The notes below the pieces were generated by a model that was not told the DNA's origin, did not search any database, and saw only the letters and a program-made list of their open reading frames with translations. The position numbers and the translations under genes were made by a program. Shown here piece by piece: positions 1-13,605 of a stretch of 64,000 nucleotides of DNA; position 1 is the stretch's first letter; each line of letters starts with the position of its first letter. The DNA is from Zootoca vivipara (lineage: Eukaryota). The stretch covers positions 4,774,001-4,838,000 of the forward strand of contig NC_083280.1 of the NCBI RefSeq assembly GCF_963506605.1, written 5' to 3'.

Positions 1-2019
1 AAATTCCTATATTCAGCAGTTGACATCCTAATTCGGACGCTGCGATAACCATTTTTGGACTTGACACTTCATCTTCCCAATTGCTGCAGGCGCTGACTTT
101 AGGCAGAGACTCTTTCAGGGCAGCACTGCAGACATTCAGCACATCCTAGTCCAATTGTCAGCTCCTTTTGCTTCTGGATTCTGCTCATCATCCTTCAGAG
201 AGCAGCCCAGTTGGTGCAAAAACGAGGCTTGACTGTGTGTGCTGCAGGTTTTTAGCATGGGTACTTTTCAGTCGTTTGGTTTCATTATAATGCATGTGAA
301 ACATGAAGTCTTTAAGTTCTGTAATACTGTTTCTGGTGGCAATGGTCCCCTCTCCACCTCATGATGATGGCCGAGTCATAATTGCTACAAGCAGCTGCTT
401 TGCCAAGAGATCCCTAGATCTTTACCGTGAAGAGCAGTATTGACTGTGTCGGGTTATTACTTGTCTGTGTTTTGAATAACCAGCATTTGGCAGGTGTATA
501 ATCGAGATACCAAAGTCTCACACTCCATAAGTGGCATATAAAATCCACCACCAGTCAAGGACTTAAAGCCTACTGCACAAACCTCCCACCAAAATCTCCT
601 CTCAAATCCCCCCACCCCATGTGTTACCTGCTATCTTCAGAGAGGCCCAGATGCATACTACTAGCCCCAGCCTTCCTTTTCCCCCACGTGGCTTGCTTGC
701 ACTCTTTCTCCTCCTTCCTGTTGTTGCCCCTCTTGCATCCACCATGTAACGCTAGCCATCATCTGACCATTCCCTGTGGATAGGACAAGGAAGAGTGGAA
801 GCAGGAGCTGTGCTTGAACTAGCCAGGATCTGCAAGCAACTCTCAGGTTGCAGTTTGCCAGTCCCATGTGTTTTGAATTTGGAACATAGCAGGAATAAAC
901 GAGCTGTCTTCTGCTGCCGCCTTCTGTGCATCTTTTCCATATCCCGTTTTGCCAGCTGAAATGCCTTCATTCTGATCTTCACAGTAAATAGCTCTTGGAG
1001 TTAGCTGCCCCTTGGAGTTAACAAAAGGCCAAGTGAAAGAGCTCAGCAGCTCACCCAACAGCACTCTCTGCAATCTAACAATTCAAGATGAGTCGTGGTG
1101 GTGGCTGAGCTGATGAGGTTAGAAGCCATTTTCTTTGCTTGCCTTTTCATTCAAGTTCTTGGGGAAACCTGCTTCTGTTCGCCTTTGGTGCAGACCAGGC
1201 AGAAGCAGAAGGTTGTGTAGACCAGGTTGAAGCCGAAAGTGTCATGTAGCTTCAAGCCAAGGGTGTTGCTGGGGCTCAGTGGGTGACCTGAAGGCATTGT
1301 TGGTGCTGGCCATCACAAGGAAGAGCAAGAGTCATGCTTGATGGACCCAAGACCATTGAGTAGGAGTGAGGACAGGGGTTGGGGAGATGGGTGGGAGACA
1401 CCCAGGAGTTAGAGACCAGCCACTTATGCCATTGCTCTGGGGTCTGTGAGTTTGTGGGTTGACACCAGTGACCTCTCCAGCACTTTGCCCAACTCAGCAT
1501 AACAAAGGATGCTCATGCTGAAGTCTGGCTGTTTTGAGAATATAACACCCAACAATTTTGAGGAAGCTTAATTAAGTGCAGTTCTTATAACCAGGACATA
1601 CACATAGGGTGGGATTCAGCACTGCACCTTTCCAATCTTTCCATCAGCACAAGCATTCCACCTTGGTAAGGAGAACAATATCGCATCGCCTTCCCCTCTC
1701 TCCACATGCTGTTCTGGGGTTTATTCCCTGACCACCCAGAGCCAATTTCAGGGCGGAAATGCCTTGTTGCACAAGTGGAAGTGCTGGTGCACAGTTTCCT
1801 GTGACAGGGCTCATGAGGTGAATCCCACCCACAATCTGTGCAAATTTGACATAACTCACATCCTACACCTAGAGAAATGGGGATCCTTTATCCTTTTAAA
1901 ATAAAAATTGCTGCTGCTCATAGTTTATGGGGACTCTGAAGCACATGTAGAGCTCTATGCAAAACAGGATCTGGTGCATACTCTTCACTGTTGGGGAACA
2001 TGTCAGGATGCACCAAGTA

Positions 2020-2020
<1 letters not shown>

Positions 2021-2063
<43 letters not shown>
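2021..2063. repeat. (CA)n microsatellite
   Basis: Direct reading. Confidence 0.97.
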
Positions 2064-2065
<2 letters not shown>

Positions 2066-2778
2066 TGTTGGACCCGGCGCAGGCATGTGGTGCCTCCCGT
2101 TGGGTTTGTGTTGTAGCAGTGATAAAGAGAAACGTGTTTGCATGGTCCTATGTAGAAATACTGTACTTACCTTTTGAGAGGGCAGGTGAGCTCCCTTTTT
2201 AAAGCTGCTCTCTAAAGGTAGCATCTTGCATAGAGCCACATTCCCCTTCTGCCATGCCAGCATGCCCATGTTTAGCAAAGTGATTTAGTGGGCACAGATT
2301 GTGACAGAAACAGATTTGGGGGTTGATGTGCTTTGCACCCTCACAACCATCCACCACCTCTGCTGGGAGAAAAGTGACAAGTCCAAAAATGTCAAGCTTT
2401 TTTTAAAAAAAATGAAAATGAAACGTGTTGCATGATGGTATACACTGGTTTACCTATGCAGGATCCTACACTCAGAGACCAACTTTGCACTCCCAACCAA
2501 AAATGGATGCACTTTGGGGGTGTTTTCCATGCACCATGCTCCCAGTTTAAATAACACCCCTTCCTGAAAAATGAAGGCCTGATTGTGCCAGTATGTTTTA
2601 TGGCTGTTTTCTTCCAATTGCACAGCAATATAAGAATAGAGGTAAGAACACTGAAGGACCCTTTGTGAAAAATGGATGGCCCTGGGCTTTCTTGTCTACT
2701 TCATGGATTCTTGCATGACTGATGACTGACGCTAATTTTTTTCTGTCTGTTTTCCCTTCCTGCTCACACTTTGGACAG

Positions 2779-2979
2779 GACAAACTCTGTTCCCCTTCTG
2801 ACATTCTCCAGCTAAACCTCAGCATTAAAAGGACAGTAGAATCTCTTCTTTCTCTGGGGGCAGATTCAGAAGAAACGAATCTTGTCTCCCTTTCCACCCA
2901 GCTCTGTGGCTTTGCTGCATTTTACTGCGCTCTGATGCTAATGCTCTGTGTGTTCTATCGCTGGGTCTTTTTCCTCTAG
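2779..2979 (+). CDS. LRCH3: LRCH3 alternative last exon A (end of CH domain plus C-terminal transmembrane anchor)
   Basis: Pyrimidine tract and CAG acceptor ending 2778; reads DKLCSPSDILQLNLSIKRTVESLLSLGADSEETNLVSLSTQLCGFAAFYCALMLMLCVFYRWVFFL*, closely matching the recalled human LRCH3 TM isoform tail; synteny with IQCG and RPL35A. Confidence 0.9.
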   Translation, partial: DKLCSPSDILQLNLSIKRTVESLLSLGADSEETNLVSLSTQLCGFAAFYCALMLMLCVFYRWVFFL

Positions 2980-5031
2980 CTAAAGCTCAAGGGTGCCATG
3001 GACTTAACTCCAGCTCTTCCAAGCGGTTGGTAAACGGTCTGTGTTTCGGTCGAGAATTTTGTATGTGTACGTTGTTCCTGATCCACCAGCAATCTGCTCT
3101 GTGTGATGTGAAAAACTCTCTTGCTGATAATGACCTAGTCAGGCAGAATTTGCTGTTAGATAAGTGAAAGCTCCCTTATATTATGTGGCTGGAATACTTT
3201 ATGCAAAACAGAAGGGGGGAGGTTACACTTTGTAGAAATCTATTTTAATTGCACAACGGTGGATATTTTTGTAGAACAGGAAGTTCACCCACTTCCTTTG
3301 GGAGGGAGGGAGGGTTGGTAGAGACAGTGATGGACATTTGATTCTTGGAACTCACAGAACACTTGAAAAACCGGGATACAGTGTTGAAGGGAGACACTCC
3401 CTCACCGTAAGATTTTACCATCTAGACCTCCTTTGGTGTCTTAAGGATTAAACAAACAATGAAATACATCTTCACCTTTTTCTCCAAGTGCTAGGAATAT
3501 CACCATTGTTTTTTAAAACAAAAAGTGGCAATTGTTCAGGATTCCTCAGAAACCTCAAGCCTAAGCTTCAGAGGCCTTATTTTCAAGCTGTGCTGATGGG
3601 CAATATTCCTTCCTGTCTTTGGGGCACCGCTAGATTTGCTGAGCAGGCTGTGTTGCACAGTAGAATGTGGAGAGCGCAGGTTTTTACAGCCAATGCAGGT
3701 TTTATTACAAGTGGCGTTATCCACCCAAATAGCAGTTTGCACTGATGGTCTACGATGCAGGAGGACCTCATGAAAAATGGCTTCTCATCTTCTTAGACCA
3801 GAAAATCCACAGCATTTTTTTCTAGCGATCTCTATTTTGTTTAGAATGCTTACACAAGTTCTCCTTTGCCGTTACATTGCTCAGTCTGAGCAGACCGCTG
3901 GTGTGAACAAATATCTGTACCAGCAAGTCTGCTACCTTAATCCTGTCTGCAGCAGCTGTTAGTCTTGTCTTCAGCTACTGGTGATGTGTAGCGCTGGGAA
4001 AACGCAACCTTTTGCCTTGCGTTTCCTCGCCTCCTTCTGGGCTCACGTTCATATTTGCACACGCGTGTGCCAATGTCACAAATGTATTCACTTGTTTATT
4101 TCACCGTTAGGATTTCTCACTTGATCTCTGCTGTCACGAAGAATTTTAGGCAACGTCTCTAGAGCGGAGGAGCACACTTCTTTAAGAGTGAGAGGCAATT
4201 GTCTTTCTAGCAAATGCACACGAGGAAGTTGTTGAAATCCTCAGCTTTAATACCAGTGCTGTAGCTTTCCAATAAATAGTGACAGCACTTTTAAGGAGCA
4301 GCGCCTTATCTAAAATACCGTTCACACTGTTATTGATTAATTAGGTGCTTTCATGTTTATAGAAATGCTCAGAACAATGTTTAACAGTGTTCAGCAAGCT
4401 GGACAGTTCCTGTATGGGGCTGGTGGCATTTGTCCTTGTTATGGATTGGTGAAGCTGGGGTCCAAATATTTCTGCTGGTGCTCAGCCTTGAAAGGGGTCT
4501 AGTGGGGTAATAAACCCAGGGATGGAGAAAGTAAGTTAACCCACTGAAACTCTAGCCACTGGAAGCCCGGCTCAATCTGCCATCTGGCTTCTAAGATTTT
4601 GCCAGACAGTTGCCTGCCCCCACCCCCTAATTCAGCAGCTCCCTCTCCCCTTGGATAGAGCACCAAGGCTTTGTTCCACCACCTTCAGCCAGCCTTACAG
4701 AATGGCTTCTTGACTCTGCTTGTTTTGTGTAGCTCAGGTACCAGCCAGGTCGATGCTTCAGCCTTTCTTGCCTATCCATGCACTCTGCTCCTGCCTTTCT
4801 CAGGGAAACCTTTGCTCTTAAAGTGGATCTCAAAGCACAAGCGTTTGCCCTTCTGCCTTGGGGAGGTGTACCATTGGAATTGCCTCAGCCTGGCAGTCAT
4901 CAGTTCACACGTCTTAGGATTTGTCCTGCTCTGGTTGGCTGGGAGCCAAAAGCTCCACAAAGCAAGAACAAATTCAGTTATATAAAAAAATTCCTTCAGT
5001 AGCACCTTAAAGACCAACTAAGTTTTTATTT

Positions 5032-5073
5032 TGGTATGAGCTTTCGTGTGCATGCACACTTCTTCAGATACCA
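5032..5073 (-). ncRNA. Minimal hammerhead ribozyme, inverted copy
   Basis: Exact reverse complement of 5075-5116. Confidence 0.7.
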
Positions 5074-5074
5074 G

Positions 5075-5116
5075 TGGTATCTGAAGAAGTGTGCATGCAC
5101 ACGAAAGCTCATACCA
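5075..5116 (+). ncRNA. Minimal type I hammerhead ribozyme (Penelope pLTR)
   Basis: TGGTAT-CTGAAGA-A-GTGTGCATGCACAC-GAAA-GCTC-ATACCA: stem I, CUGANGA core, stem II, GAAA, palindromic AGCU stem III, CUC cleavage triplet. Confidence 0.75.
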
Positions 5117-7880
5117 AAATAAAAACTTAGTTGGTCTTTAAGGTGCTACTGAAGGAATTTTTTTATTTTACTTCGATCCAGACCAACACGGCTACCTACC
5201 TGTAACCAAATTCAGTTATGTTTTTAAGAATGTGCACATTTAAGTACTGCTGTAACCAAATACAAAGGAGGGGGACATCTTATGCCTAGAATGAGTGTCA
5301 GAGCAGCAAGTTGCTCCCCATATGTGAAAATAAGAATATGAAAGTTGAACACATGCAGTTAGGCTCATGAACAAACACATCATGCTCTAACCTTGTTGCA
5401 TGTGTTTGAATAGTTTTTGAATTGGCCTCTTCTGTCAATTAATGACTGGCCAGAGTGCTTTATGGCTGTTGATTCCTAAATGGGAAGGCTCCTAGCAATC
5501 AGAACTCCTGCCTTTGTGAATTCTAGAAGACAGTGTTATCAACAGACCTTTCTCCACTTTGAATGAATATTAGTTTTGCGCTCATCCTCCTTGTCTCAAA
5601 ATGTTTGATCCATTATTACAGGTGTGTCTATATCTGGCCTCTGCCTCACTTTAGGCTAACCCAAATTAGGTCTGGTGGGGGTTTTTTATACCTTTTTTCT
5701 GATCCCCTTTACTCCATGTTTATGGTGGCATTTTGCTGGATTCAGGAAGCGTTGGGGCTGAGTGCCTGGTTCGCCTGCTCTGCTTGCCAGACATCCCAAG
5801 CTTTCTGCATCTCCTTGTGTACGTGGAGGAGGCCACCATAGTCACACCAGGTGTGCTGACAGACCACTAAAAGTGCAGGTGCCAAAGCGGGGATCTGTGT
5901 GGGATTCAGTGTCGTTCTGTTACAAATGTTCCACCTGTGCAAGCCTATCAGCTTGTCAGATGGAACTATGCCTCCTCCCCTCCTCCACAGTGTTCTGGGG
6001 TTCTCCTGCCCCCCCCCTTAAGCCAATTTTAGGGGGCGGATGGGGGGAATGAGGAGGAGAGGAAGCCCCATGACTCAGGCTTCAGCTGACAGGGTTCATT
6101 AGGTGACTTCTCTCTTCCGCGATGAAAAGAATTAAAATTCTGCAACCCAGAATTCTGCAACCTACATAAAATTGTGTGGGTTGAAGAGGCTTGCATAATT
6201 TATTCTGGTTTTGCCAGCCATGGGGAAAGGCAGTGATTTGTACATGGCACTGATGTCTTGCTGACTGAAATCTTACTCAGCCACCCTCAGAGATTTCCAG
6301 CGGTCATTTCCCAAAATGTATATCAAGCATATCTTCACAGCCATAAGGGCTAACAACCTTTTTTTAAAAAAAAACACACAAAAAGACAAGTTTCTCAAGC
6401 AGATGTATTCTTTGCTCCTGCAAGAGTTGCAACATGTGCAGTGTTTGCTTGCATCCAGTTTTTGCAAACCTCCTGATCACTGAGAAAATCCCTGCTATTC
6501 CAAAGGGGTTGTCAGGATTTTCATGGGCGGGCCAGCCCATGCAGAATAGTTTTGCATTCAAGCCACCATGCAGCCTTTGCCAACCTGGTGCCCTCCGGAT
6601 GTTTTGGATTACAACTCGCATCAGTCCCAGCCAGCACAGCTGGAGGGCGGCAGCTTGGTGAAGGCTGCAGTAGAGCACCATATCTCCTTTTTTAGAGGAA
6701 TGGTGGTACTCCTATACTTTTTAAAATGGTGCCCTTGACCGTCGATCAGCCAGGATGCTGGTGTTTCAGCTTTAGCCGGCTGATTCACAGCATTTTCCCA
6801 CAATGAGCTCTTACGTTTTGTGCAATAATCACAGAGCTAGAGGCTCTAAATGTCACGAGCGCTTGGGGTCCCTCCCCGCAAATTCTGCTGTCAGTCACCT
6901 CCTATGTGGCACAGCCATCAAGCCTCTTCCACTGCCGCCTTTAAGAGTGCCCTGGGTGCCCACTTCCCCCCCCCCCACAATGCCTTCCTTTTGCCCCTTC
7001 CTAGACTGGGCGGCGTCTGCTTAGAAACTCACCTCAACTCCGAGGCTGACGCCTCGTGTCAGGCTGGGGGATACGATACTCAAGAGTGGTTTGAGTTTTA
7101 CACCTGACAGTTATAAAGCAGGTTGTGTCCTTGAAAAGCTGATACCTCAGTAAATGTTAGTCTCTAAGGTGTTCATGCACTTTCTGCTGCTACAGACTAA
7201 TGTCCTTGCTCTTCTGGGTGTGTGTGTGTGTGAGTGAGTGAGTGAGTGAAATAGCAGTTTCACAGTCAAGCAAGGGGGTACAAGAGTCGACCCTGAATTA
7301 GTCAAGGAAACAGAGCACCTCAGTTACTTGGATAAATGCGTGTTGGGACACTGTAGTTCGTATATTTTTTAAAAGCTTCTTTCTACTGGGGGTAGTTTTA
7401 GGAATATTTTAAAAGAAATGAGTGCCTGTGAAAATACAGTAAATGGGCTGCTCAATGAAACTGGCTTTCTTAGTTGTGAATTGATTGAAGGGAGTGGGGA
7501 GATGTTGCCATGCTGGAAAAATGCACAAAGAAAAGCATTCCAGACTCTTGTATTGACTCCCCTCCAGTCTCTCTGCTTGTTTAGCCATCATCTTTAAACA
7601 GGTATTAACTAGTGTGTGAGAAAGGGTTATTTTTCCAAATTCACGCCATCTCTCCTCATTCACATATTATGCAAACGAAAAAGTGTTTCTCTGGCTTGTA
7701 CCCTTTGTACGAGGTTTTTGCATATAAAGTGTATGTCTAATACCATCCAACTTCAGAAAAAAGTACTTCCTCTTTCCCTTCATGTTCACCTTTATAATTC
7801 TCCTTTTATATATGTGTGTGTCTTGTTTGTGGGGGACGGGGGGGCGTTGATTGTGGGTTGCTTTCTTTTTTAATATGTTG

Positions 7881-7890
7881 ATTAAATAAA
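7881..7890 (+). terminator. Probable polyA signal of LRCH3 exon A isoform (overlapping ATTAAA/AATAAA)
   Basis: ATTAAATAAA preceded by TGTA motifs and T-rich sequence and followed by GT-rich sequence; lies upstream of the exon B acceptor. Confidence 0.55.
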
Positions 7891-8707
7891 GTTCCTGTCC
7901 TGGAGTCTGGCTGGCTTGTTGTTCACTGTGTCACACATGCAGCTGTTTGTCCGATCCAGCGGTGGGCAGCTCAGAGATGTGTTTCCTTAGGAATGCATCC
8001 CGAAAAGAAGGGCCTTGGCTGGCATGCATGTCACATGCCACATTTGCACGTCACTTCCATGTTCATAAAGTACCAAACGACATATTGCATTTCTGCCAGG
8101 ATAGTATTGCTGCCCAGTGTATTCGCCTTCAGCTTTAAAAAAGAACCAGCCATTTGATTGCCGGGGGGAGGTGGGGTGGACAAATACTGTCATACTGGCT
8201 TAGAAATTGTGTGCATTAGAAACCACAGTGGTTGCATTTTTCAACCTTTAGTGCTTGGGACCGTTGGGTTTCTCAGTCGTAACGTCGAAGGTCCCCAAAT
8301 GAAAGTTAAGATTCTAATAAAATCCCACAGTTCTCCCCAAAAAAGGCATACTGAGAGCCAGCTTCTTAATTGCTGCCACAGCTGAGAGGCTTGAACATAT
8401 GTCGCCGCCTAGGTTCTAATTCAGAGCATTGGTCCATGTTATGCCGGCTCTTGCCTAGGCTGAGCAGCAGAGAAGAGGCCCCTTTAGAAGTAGAAATGCA
8501 ATGGGCTGGACGTGGGACTTCTTTGCATGCAGAGCATGAGATCCACTGCTGAGCTTCACCACCCTCTCATTTTATAACATTCCATTTTTGGCACACGTAC
8601 ACACACACACACGTTTGTTTGCTTTAATTTGGTTTCCCTTTTTTTGCGTTGTTTTAGTTTTCATCCCTTTTTTTTCCTTTATGTCTTTTTTGTGTTTTCC
8701 CATGTAG

Positions 8708-8857
8708 GAGCGATTATGTTTGCCTCTGCACATATTAGAAGAGAGAGGGTTGACGCGAGTGGCAGAGACTGTACAGGCACTTCTGGAACGGGCCCCCCCA
8801 AAACAGCAGCACCAGCAGCACCAGCAGCAGAATCAGAATCAGTTGGCTGCTGTGTAG
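8708..8857 (+). CDS. LRCH3: LRCH3 alternative last exon B (soluble isoform tail)
   Basis: Long T-rich tract and TAG acceptor ending 8707; reads ERLCLPLHILEERGLTRVAETVQALLERAPPKQQHQQHQQQNQNQLAAV*, matching recalled human EQLCLPLHILEEKGL...LAPPKQQQHQLSAV. This frame is not in the ORF track. Confidence 0.9.
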   Translation, partial: ERLCLPLHILEERGLTRVAETVQALLERAPPKQQHQQHQQQNQNQLAAV

Positions 8858-11800
8858 TGACCCCCCGAGACCTTGTTGCTTTTTCCTTGGCCAAGCCGAA
8901 GAATGCCCGGACTTGACTGCTGGGGCAGCGTGTCCAGACACAGGCAACCTTGCGTTCGAAGGAGGAAATCTGTATCCGGGATTCCTGAAGGGAATAATTT
9001 TTGCTTCATTTCTCCACTTTTTTTGGAGGTCACAAAAGTTTCCATTGAACTTAAAGAGAAAAAAAATTCTTTGTAAAGTGAGTTTTGCCTGCTCATGTGG
9101 GAGGGAACCAGGGGCAGATTTCACCTCCTCTCTGCTTCATTTCTAAATAAGACCACAGTTAAATTGGGGCAGCGGGTGGGAGCCTTTGAAACTACCCCCC
9201 TCCCGGGGGAAAAACACCATATGTTTAAAAAAACTGCGGGGTGGCTAGTATATCGTATTCAGATAGGAAATATATTTTGGTTTTTTTGCAATGCTCTCAT
9301 TCGTTTCAGCACACAGAGCATTTCTTGTGGATTAGACCCACCTGAACACACACATACTCCTCAGCCAGGACTTTGGAAGCGCACATCTAAGAGTTATTTC
9401 TAGCTTCAACGTCACTCCCATCGGACGTATGTATAGGAATACTTTTTCACACAGGTTCTTCCTCTGGCATTCTGTGTTCCCAGCACAGTGCAAGAAATTA
9501 ATGGTAGCATCAATCTACTCTAACTTGATAACTCACGGTTTCCTGAAAGAGCAGTTCCTGGTACGACTTTTAACTTTCATTGTCAAATCATCCTACAAAG
9601 AAACTGCTGTTTGGAGGTAAATAGCAGGGCCCTTGACCTGTGCTTTTCAAAAGATCTGTTAACTGGGTAGGAGAGTGGATTATTAAAGTAAACAGAGGCC
9701 AGTGGCTCTGTTGCAGAAAGAGAAAAAAAGTGCTCTTTGGTGGATTTGAAAGAACAGTTTTAAAGGTAATTCTTTTCATGAAGATGAGTTAATCCAGCAT
9801 TTCCTTTTCTGCATTATTCTGCCATCTGCCCTTCCCCTTTATTCATTGCTTCTCTCCTGTGTTCAAAACCTGTAGCTTTGGAAAGTGTGCGGGGGCAGAT
9901 GAAAACCATGTTAGCAGTTTCTGAAGACGGGATCTGCCCAGCAAGCACCGTAAAAATGAACTGAGAAGTGCAGACTGGCAGTCATGCAGTTCCTGCAGCT
10001 TCACTCCTGCCGCAGATGTTGCCTTATCATGTGCAATTTGAGGTTCATGTCTTGTTTCTCCAACTGGAATGCCTTTCAGACACTTACATTCTCCCCTCCT
10101 CCCCCTGATGCTAACAGATTTCCAGGTGGAGCCAGCTGTGGGAATTGGTGGTCATGTACTGAAGCATATGCTGATTCTGTGACTGAGAAGGACCATAGGG
10201 AGGGAGCTGGGTAATCAGAATGTGGCTGGAAGCAAACCATGTCATCACTTAGGTGAGCAATATTTGGGCAGCGGGGAACAAGCCTGTGTGCTGGCTTCAG
10301 AGCCACACCCCATAGCCCCTTACAGTATCACAGAGGATTGGGGGGGTACTTGGGGGCAGCAAAATCTTTGGCTGCCTCCATGCAATATGTTCTCTTGTGG
10401 CGCCCTCGCAAGGCACTGCTCTCCGTAGTGATTCCTGGGGAAGAGAGGCCCTCCTGGCCTGTATGTGAGGTTCACAAAATAAAGCAGAAAACACTGAATG
10501 TAATGACAGATGGCAGGAGGAGGTGATAGAATAGTTCAGCTGAGATGTGTAGACAATGGATTTTGAGGAATCTGGAAAAGAACCTCAGGCTGGCTGTGTT
10601 TTTGCTTTTGACGTGCATTTTCCTCTCCCCAAGTGTCTCAGTTGCGCTGTGTTGAAACAAAGCACAAATGTCATTTATGCTATTCCTGTTGCTTTAGGTG
10701 GGCATCGTCCTTTTTGCCATTCTCACACTCCCTCTGCAATCACTTCATTTCTATTTTGACGCCCTTCCTGGTTAATTTTGCCTTGCTCGGCTCTTAGTTC
10801 CTTTTTGCTTCATGACCCTTGGCTCCCAACTCTCCTCTGAAGCACATGAAGAATATTTTTTAGCAAAACAGTAGCATATGGTTGAAGCAACAGTTTTCTT
10901 CTAGCTTGGATGGCCTCAAGGCCTGCAGGTGCTGGATGGGCCACAGGACTGCCTGCCTCTTTGCTGATGCTGGGTGTGCCATGTTTTGTGGGTGTGGTGT
11001 TGCCGGCCAGAAGCAATTCTTGAGGAACCACATCAGATGCAATAGCAGCATTGAAAGCCCTCTCCCGGTTTCCTTTGCATTTCCGTTTGCCACCTCGCAG
11101 GCCGCTGATTCGGATGCTTCACCAGTACTCAGCCACTTGTTTCGTACACATCTCTGGGTTTTCTGTTATTTAGGCAAGCAGGACCGTCTCAAAGTGGAGG
11201 GAAGCAAACTTAGCATAGCGAGGTGGGTAAGAGAGGAGAGATTTCATGAAGGTTAGTCTTTCACTCCCACACCTTTTTTTTAAAAAAAACATATAACAGT
11301 TTGGAGGCTTCAGCCCTGTTACCAAAAATTAGGAAGTTCATCACCATATACTGTAAAAACATCTTCTACCATGTCAAGGTCAATCCTTTACCTAGGCAGC
11401 TCAGTCTGTATATCACGGTGGGTTGAGAAACGGTATTTCCTGCAGCCGGCTGTGTAGGTCATCTTTAACTGCAGGAGAAAAGCAGCAATGTTTGGTAGTG
11501 CGGCTGAAGCTCCCAGTCCATTCCGGCAGGACACATGCAAGTGGTTGGCCGAAGCCCTTAAGGGCCAGAAATTCTTCGCATGCTTTGCGAGAGGACCCAG
11601 AAAGGACTGCATCCTACCAAAGACATGCAGGTTCCCTTGTGCAGGGCTGCAGTGGATCTGCTGGTAGAACTGGGGGCTCTTCTGCCTGGGCAGTCAGTAA
11701 TGCCCAGGGGTATAACTGCCAGGAAATAATGAAGCACAATACAGTGGTATTGCCTTCCACGCAAATCACCACCTATGACCAGGGCTAAAACATATGACAT

Positions 11801-12473
11801 GCTTTTTTAAAAAAAACAAACACAAGTGCTCTGTTTTGTGTTGCGTCATTTTGTCTCTTCACTTTATTATAATCTCATGATGGCAAGAGTTCCATGAATG
11901 GACATTAACAGCATGAAGGAAATCCAGGTCCTTTCAGCCGATGGCATGTTTTATGTATTATACCAAAAAGAAAAACCACTTGAGTTTTCTGTTGCTAGTT
12001 TTAAATGGCTTGGGAATTTTTGTGTTTTGTTATATTTATGTGCAATTTTTTCCTTGTATTCAGTGGGGAAAGTTTTTTTTTAAAGAAAAGAAAAGAAATG
12101 TATAGAATTCTATTTTGTGTGTTGAAGCAACAATAGATGGCTGTCCTCTTCTGGGGAATATCAGTGCAAGAGATCCCCCATTCCAGGGATGGTGTTTGCT
12201 GTTGGGTTCCTATAAATCATTCTGTTTTTGTTACCTGTCTCTTTCCTCCAACAGTGCAAAGTAAGCTTGAAAGCTTTATACAACCCCCCCCCCCAATTTT
12301 TGATATTTGGGGAACTATAGATGTTGCGTGCACAATCATTTTATCCCACATGAAGCTGGTTGTCTGAAAGGACCCAGTGAACAATCAGTGGGCAATCTAG
12401 ATCTCTCCTGCTTGTCCCGTGAACACTGGCTATGGAGTCCATCCTTCATCCAGTGGAGGCTCGTCCCTTCGCA

Positions 12474-12609
12474 CAGGGTTTCCCAAACGTGGGTCTCCAG
12501 CTGCTTTTGGACTACAACTCTCATCATCCCCAACCACTGGCCCTACTAGCTAGGGATGATGGGACTTAAAGCCCAAAAATGGCTGGAGACCCAAGTTTGG
12601 GAAACCCTG
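12474..12609. mobile_element. Short hAT-type MITE in LRCH3 3' UTR
   Basis: TIR CAGGGTTTCCCAAAC; internal sequence related to the 28667 and 56402 copies. Confidence 0.7.
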
Positions 12610-13605
12610 TGTTAGGGTAAGGGGGGCACTGCCCCACCAACCTCAGTGTGCCCCCCCAGCCACCTCCCACCTCCTTTCTTGTATCCACTAAGGGTTGGCT
12701 GGGCATTTCATTGTATCTGTCCCCACCTACAGTTGGTCTCTCTGCCTCCCACCCTGCCAGTCCCAATGGGCACCAACACACACTGTCCAGCTTTCAGATT
12801 CCCATCACATTGAGTGACATTAAGATGGGGGTCAAAATTAATTTGCTCCATGGAAGGCAAACTCACCTTGTTGCTCTGAGTAGCCTCTTGCTACATCAGG
12901 CCCAATAGCCTCTGCCTGTCCTACGGATGGATTGCAGTCTCACTGGGTGGATGGAGAGCATCTGTCTTCTTTTTCGTTGCTGGTTAATCTGAGAGGGCAG
13001 ACTCGCAGGAAAAGCAAATGTACTGACTTCTGGCACAGTTCATTAAATGTGCCCAAGAGAACAGCTTCTTGCAAACTCTCCTCTGTGAGGGCTTGTGCAG
13101 GGGCTTTTCCTGACAAATCTCTGCCACAAAATATTTAAAGGAATCTTTCCATGACTGTTCAGTAATGACCGGTGCTATTATGTCTTGGAATGGTTCTTTT
13201 AATTTTGTGTTTGGGGCAGTGGGAGGGATATCCTGTAAATTTGGGTGGGTTTTTTAAAAAACAAAAACAAAAAATGTTTTGCAGAAGATTTGAAAACCTC
13301 CATTTTCAATGCACGCCAGCTCTCACATATTCATTCTCCTCTAGGCTGACACTTGGCAGAAAGCCCAGAGGATAAAGACTTCACTCTTGTTGTTTCTCCA
13401 GACTGTAAACGTGTAATTAGTAGTATAGCTAAAGGATTTTTTAAAGAAGTTCTTTCCTGTATTTGTATGTCTGTAAATACATTCCATAGTTTTCAAAGAC
13501 TATATAAGCATCATAATATCATGTACTTTATTTTAAATTGCCTGTATGCTACCAGTCAATTTCTAGCGCACATGATATTATAAACTTCAAACCTGGGTGA
13601 TTTGA

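Larger units (their letters stand above)
4982..5206 (+). mobile_element. Penelope-like element pLTR end with inverted partial copy
   Basis: 92-bp perfect inverted arms centred on 5074; 13-bp TSD CAAATTCAGTTAT at 4969-4981 and 5207-5219; same sequence follows the GIY-YIG ORF at 33469. Confidence 0.85.

Noticed and set aside
1-2700. Further LRCH3 coding exons and short ORFs
   Set aside because: No CH-domain or LRR sequence recognised; the region reads as intron.
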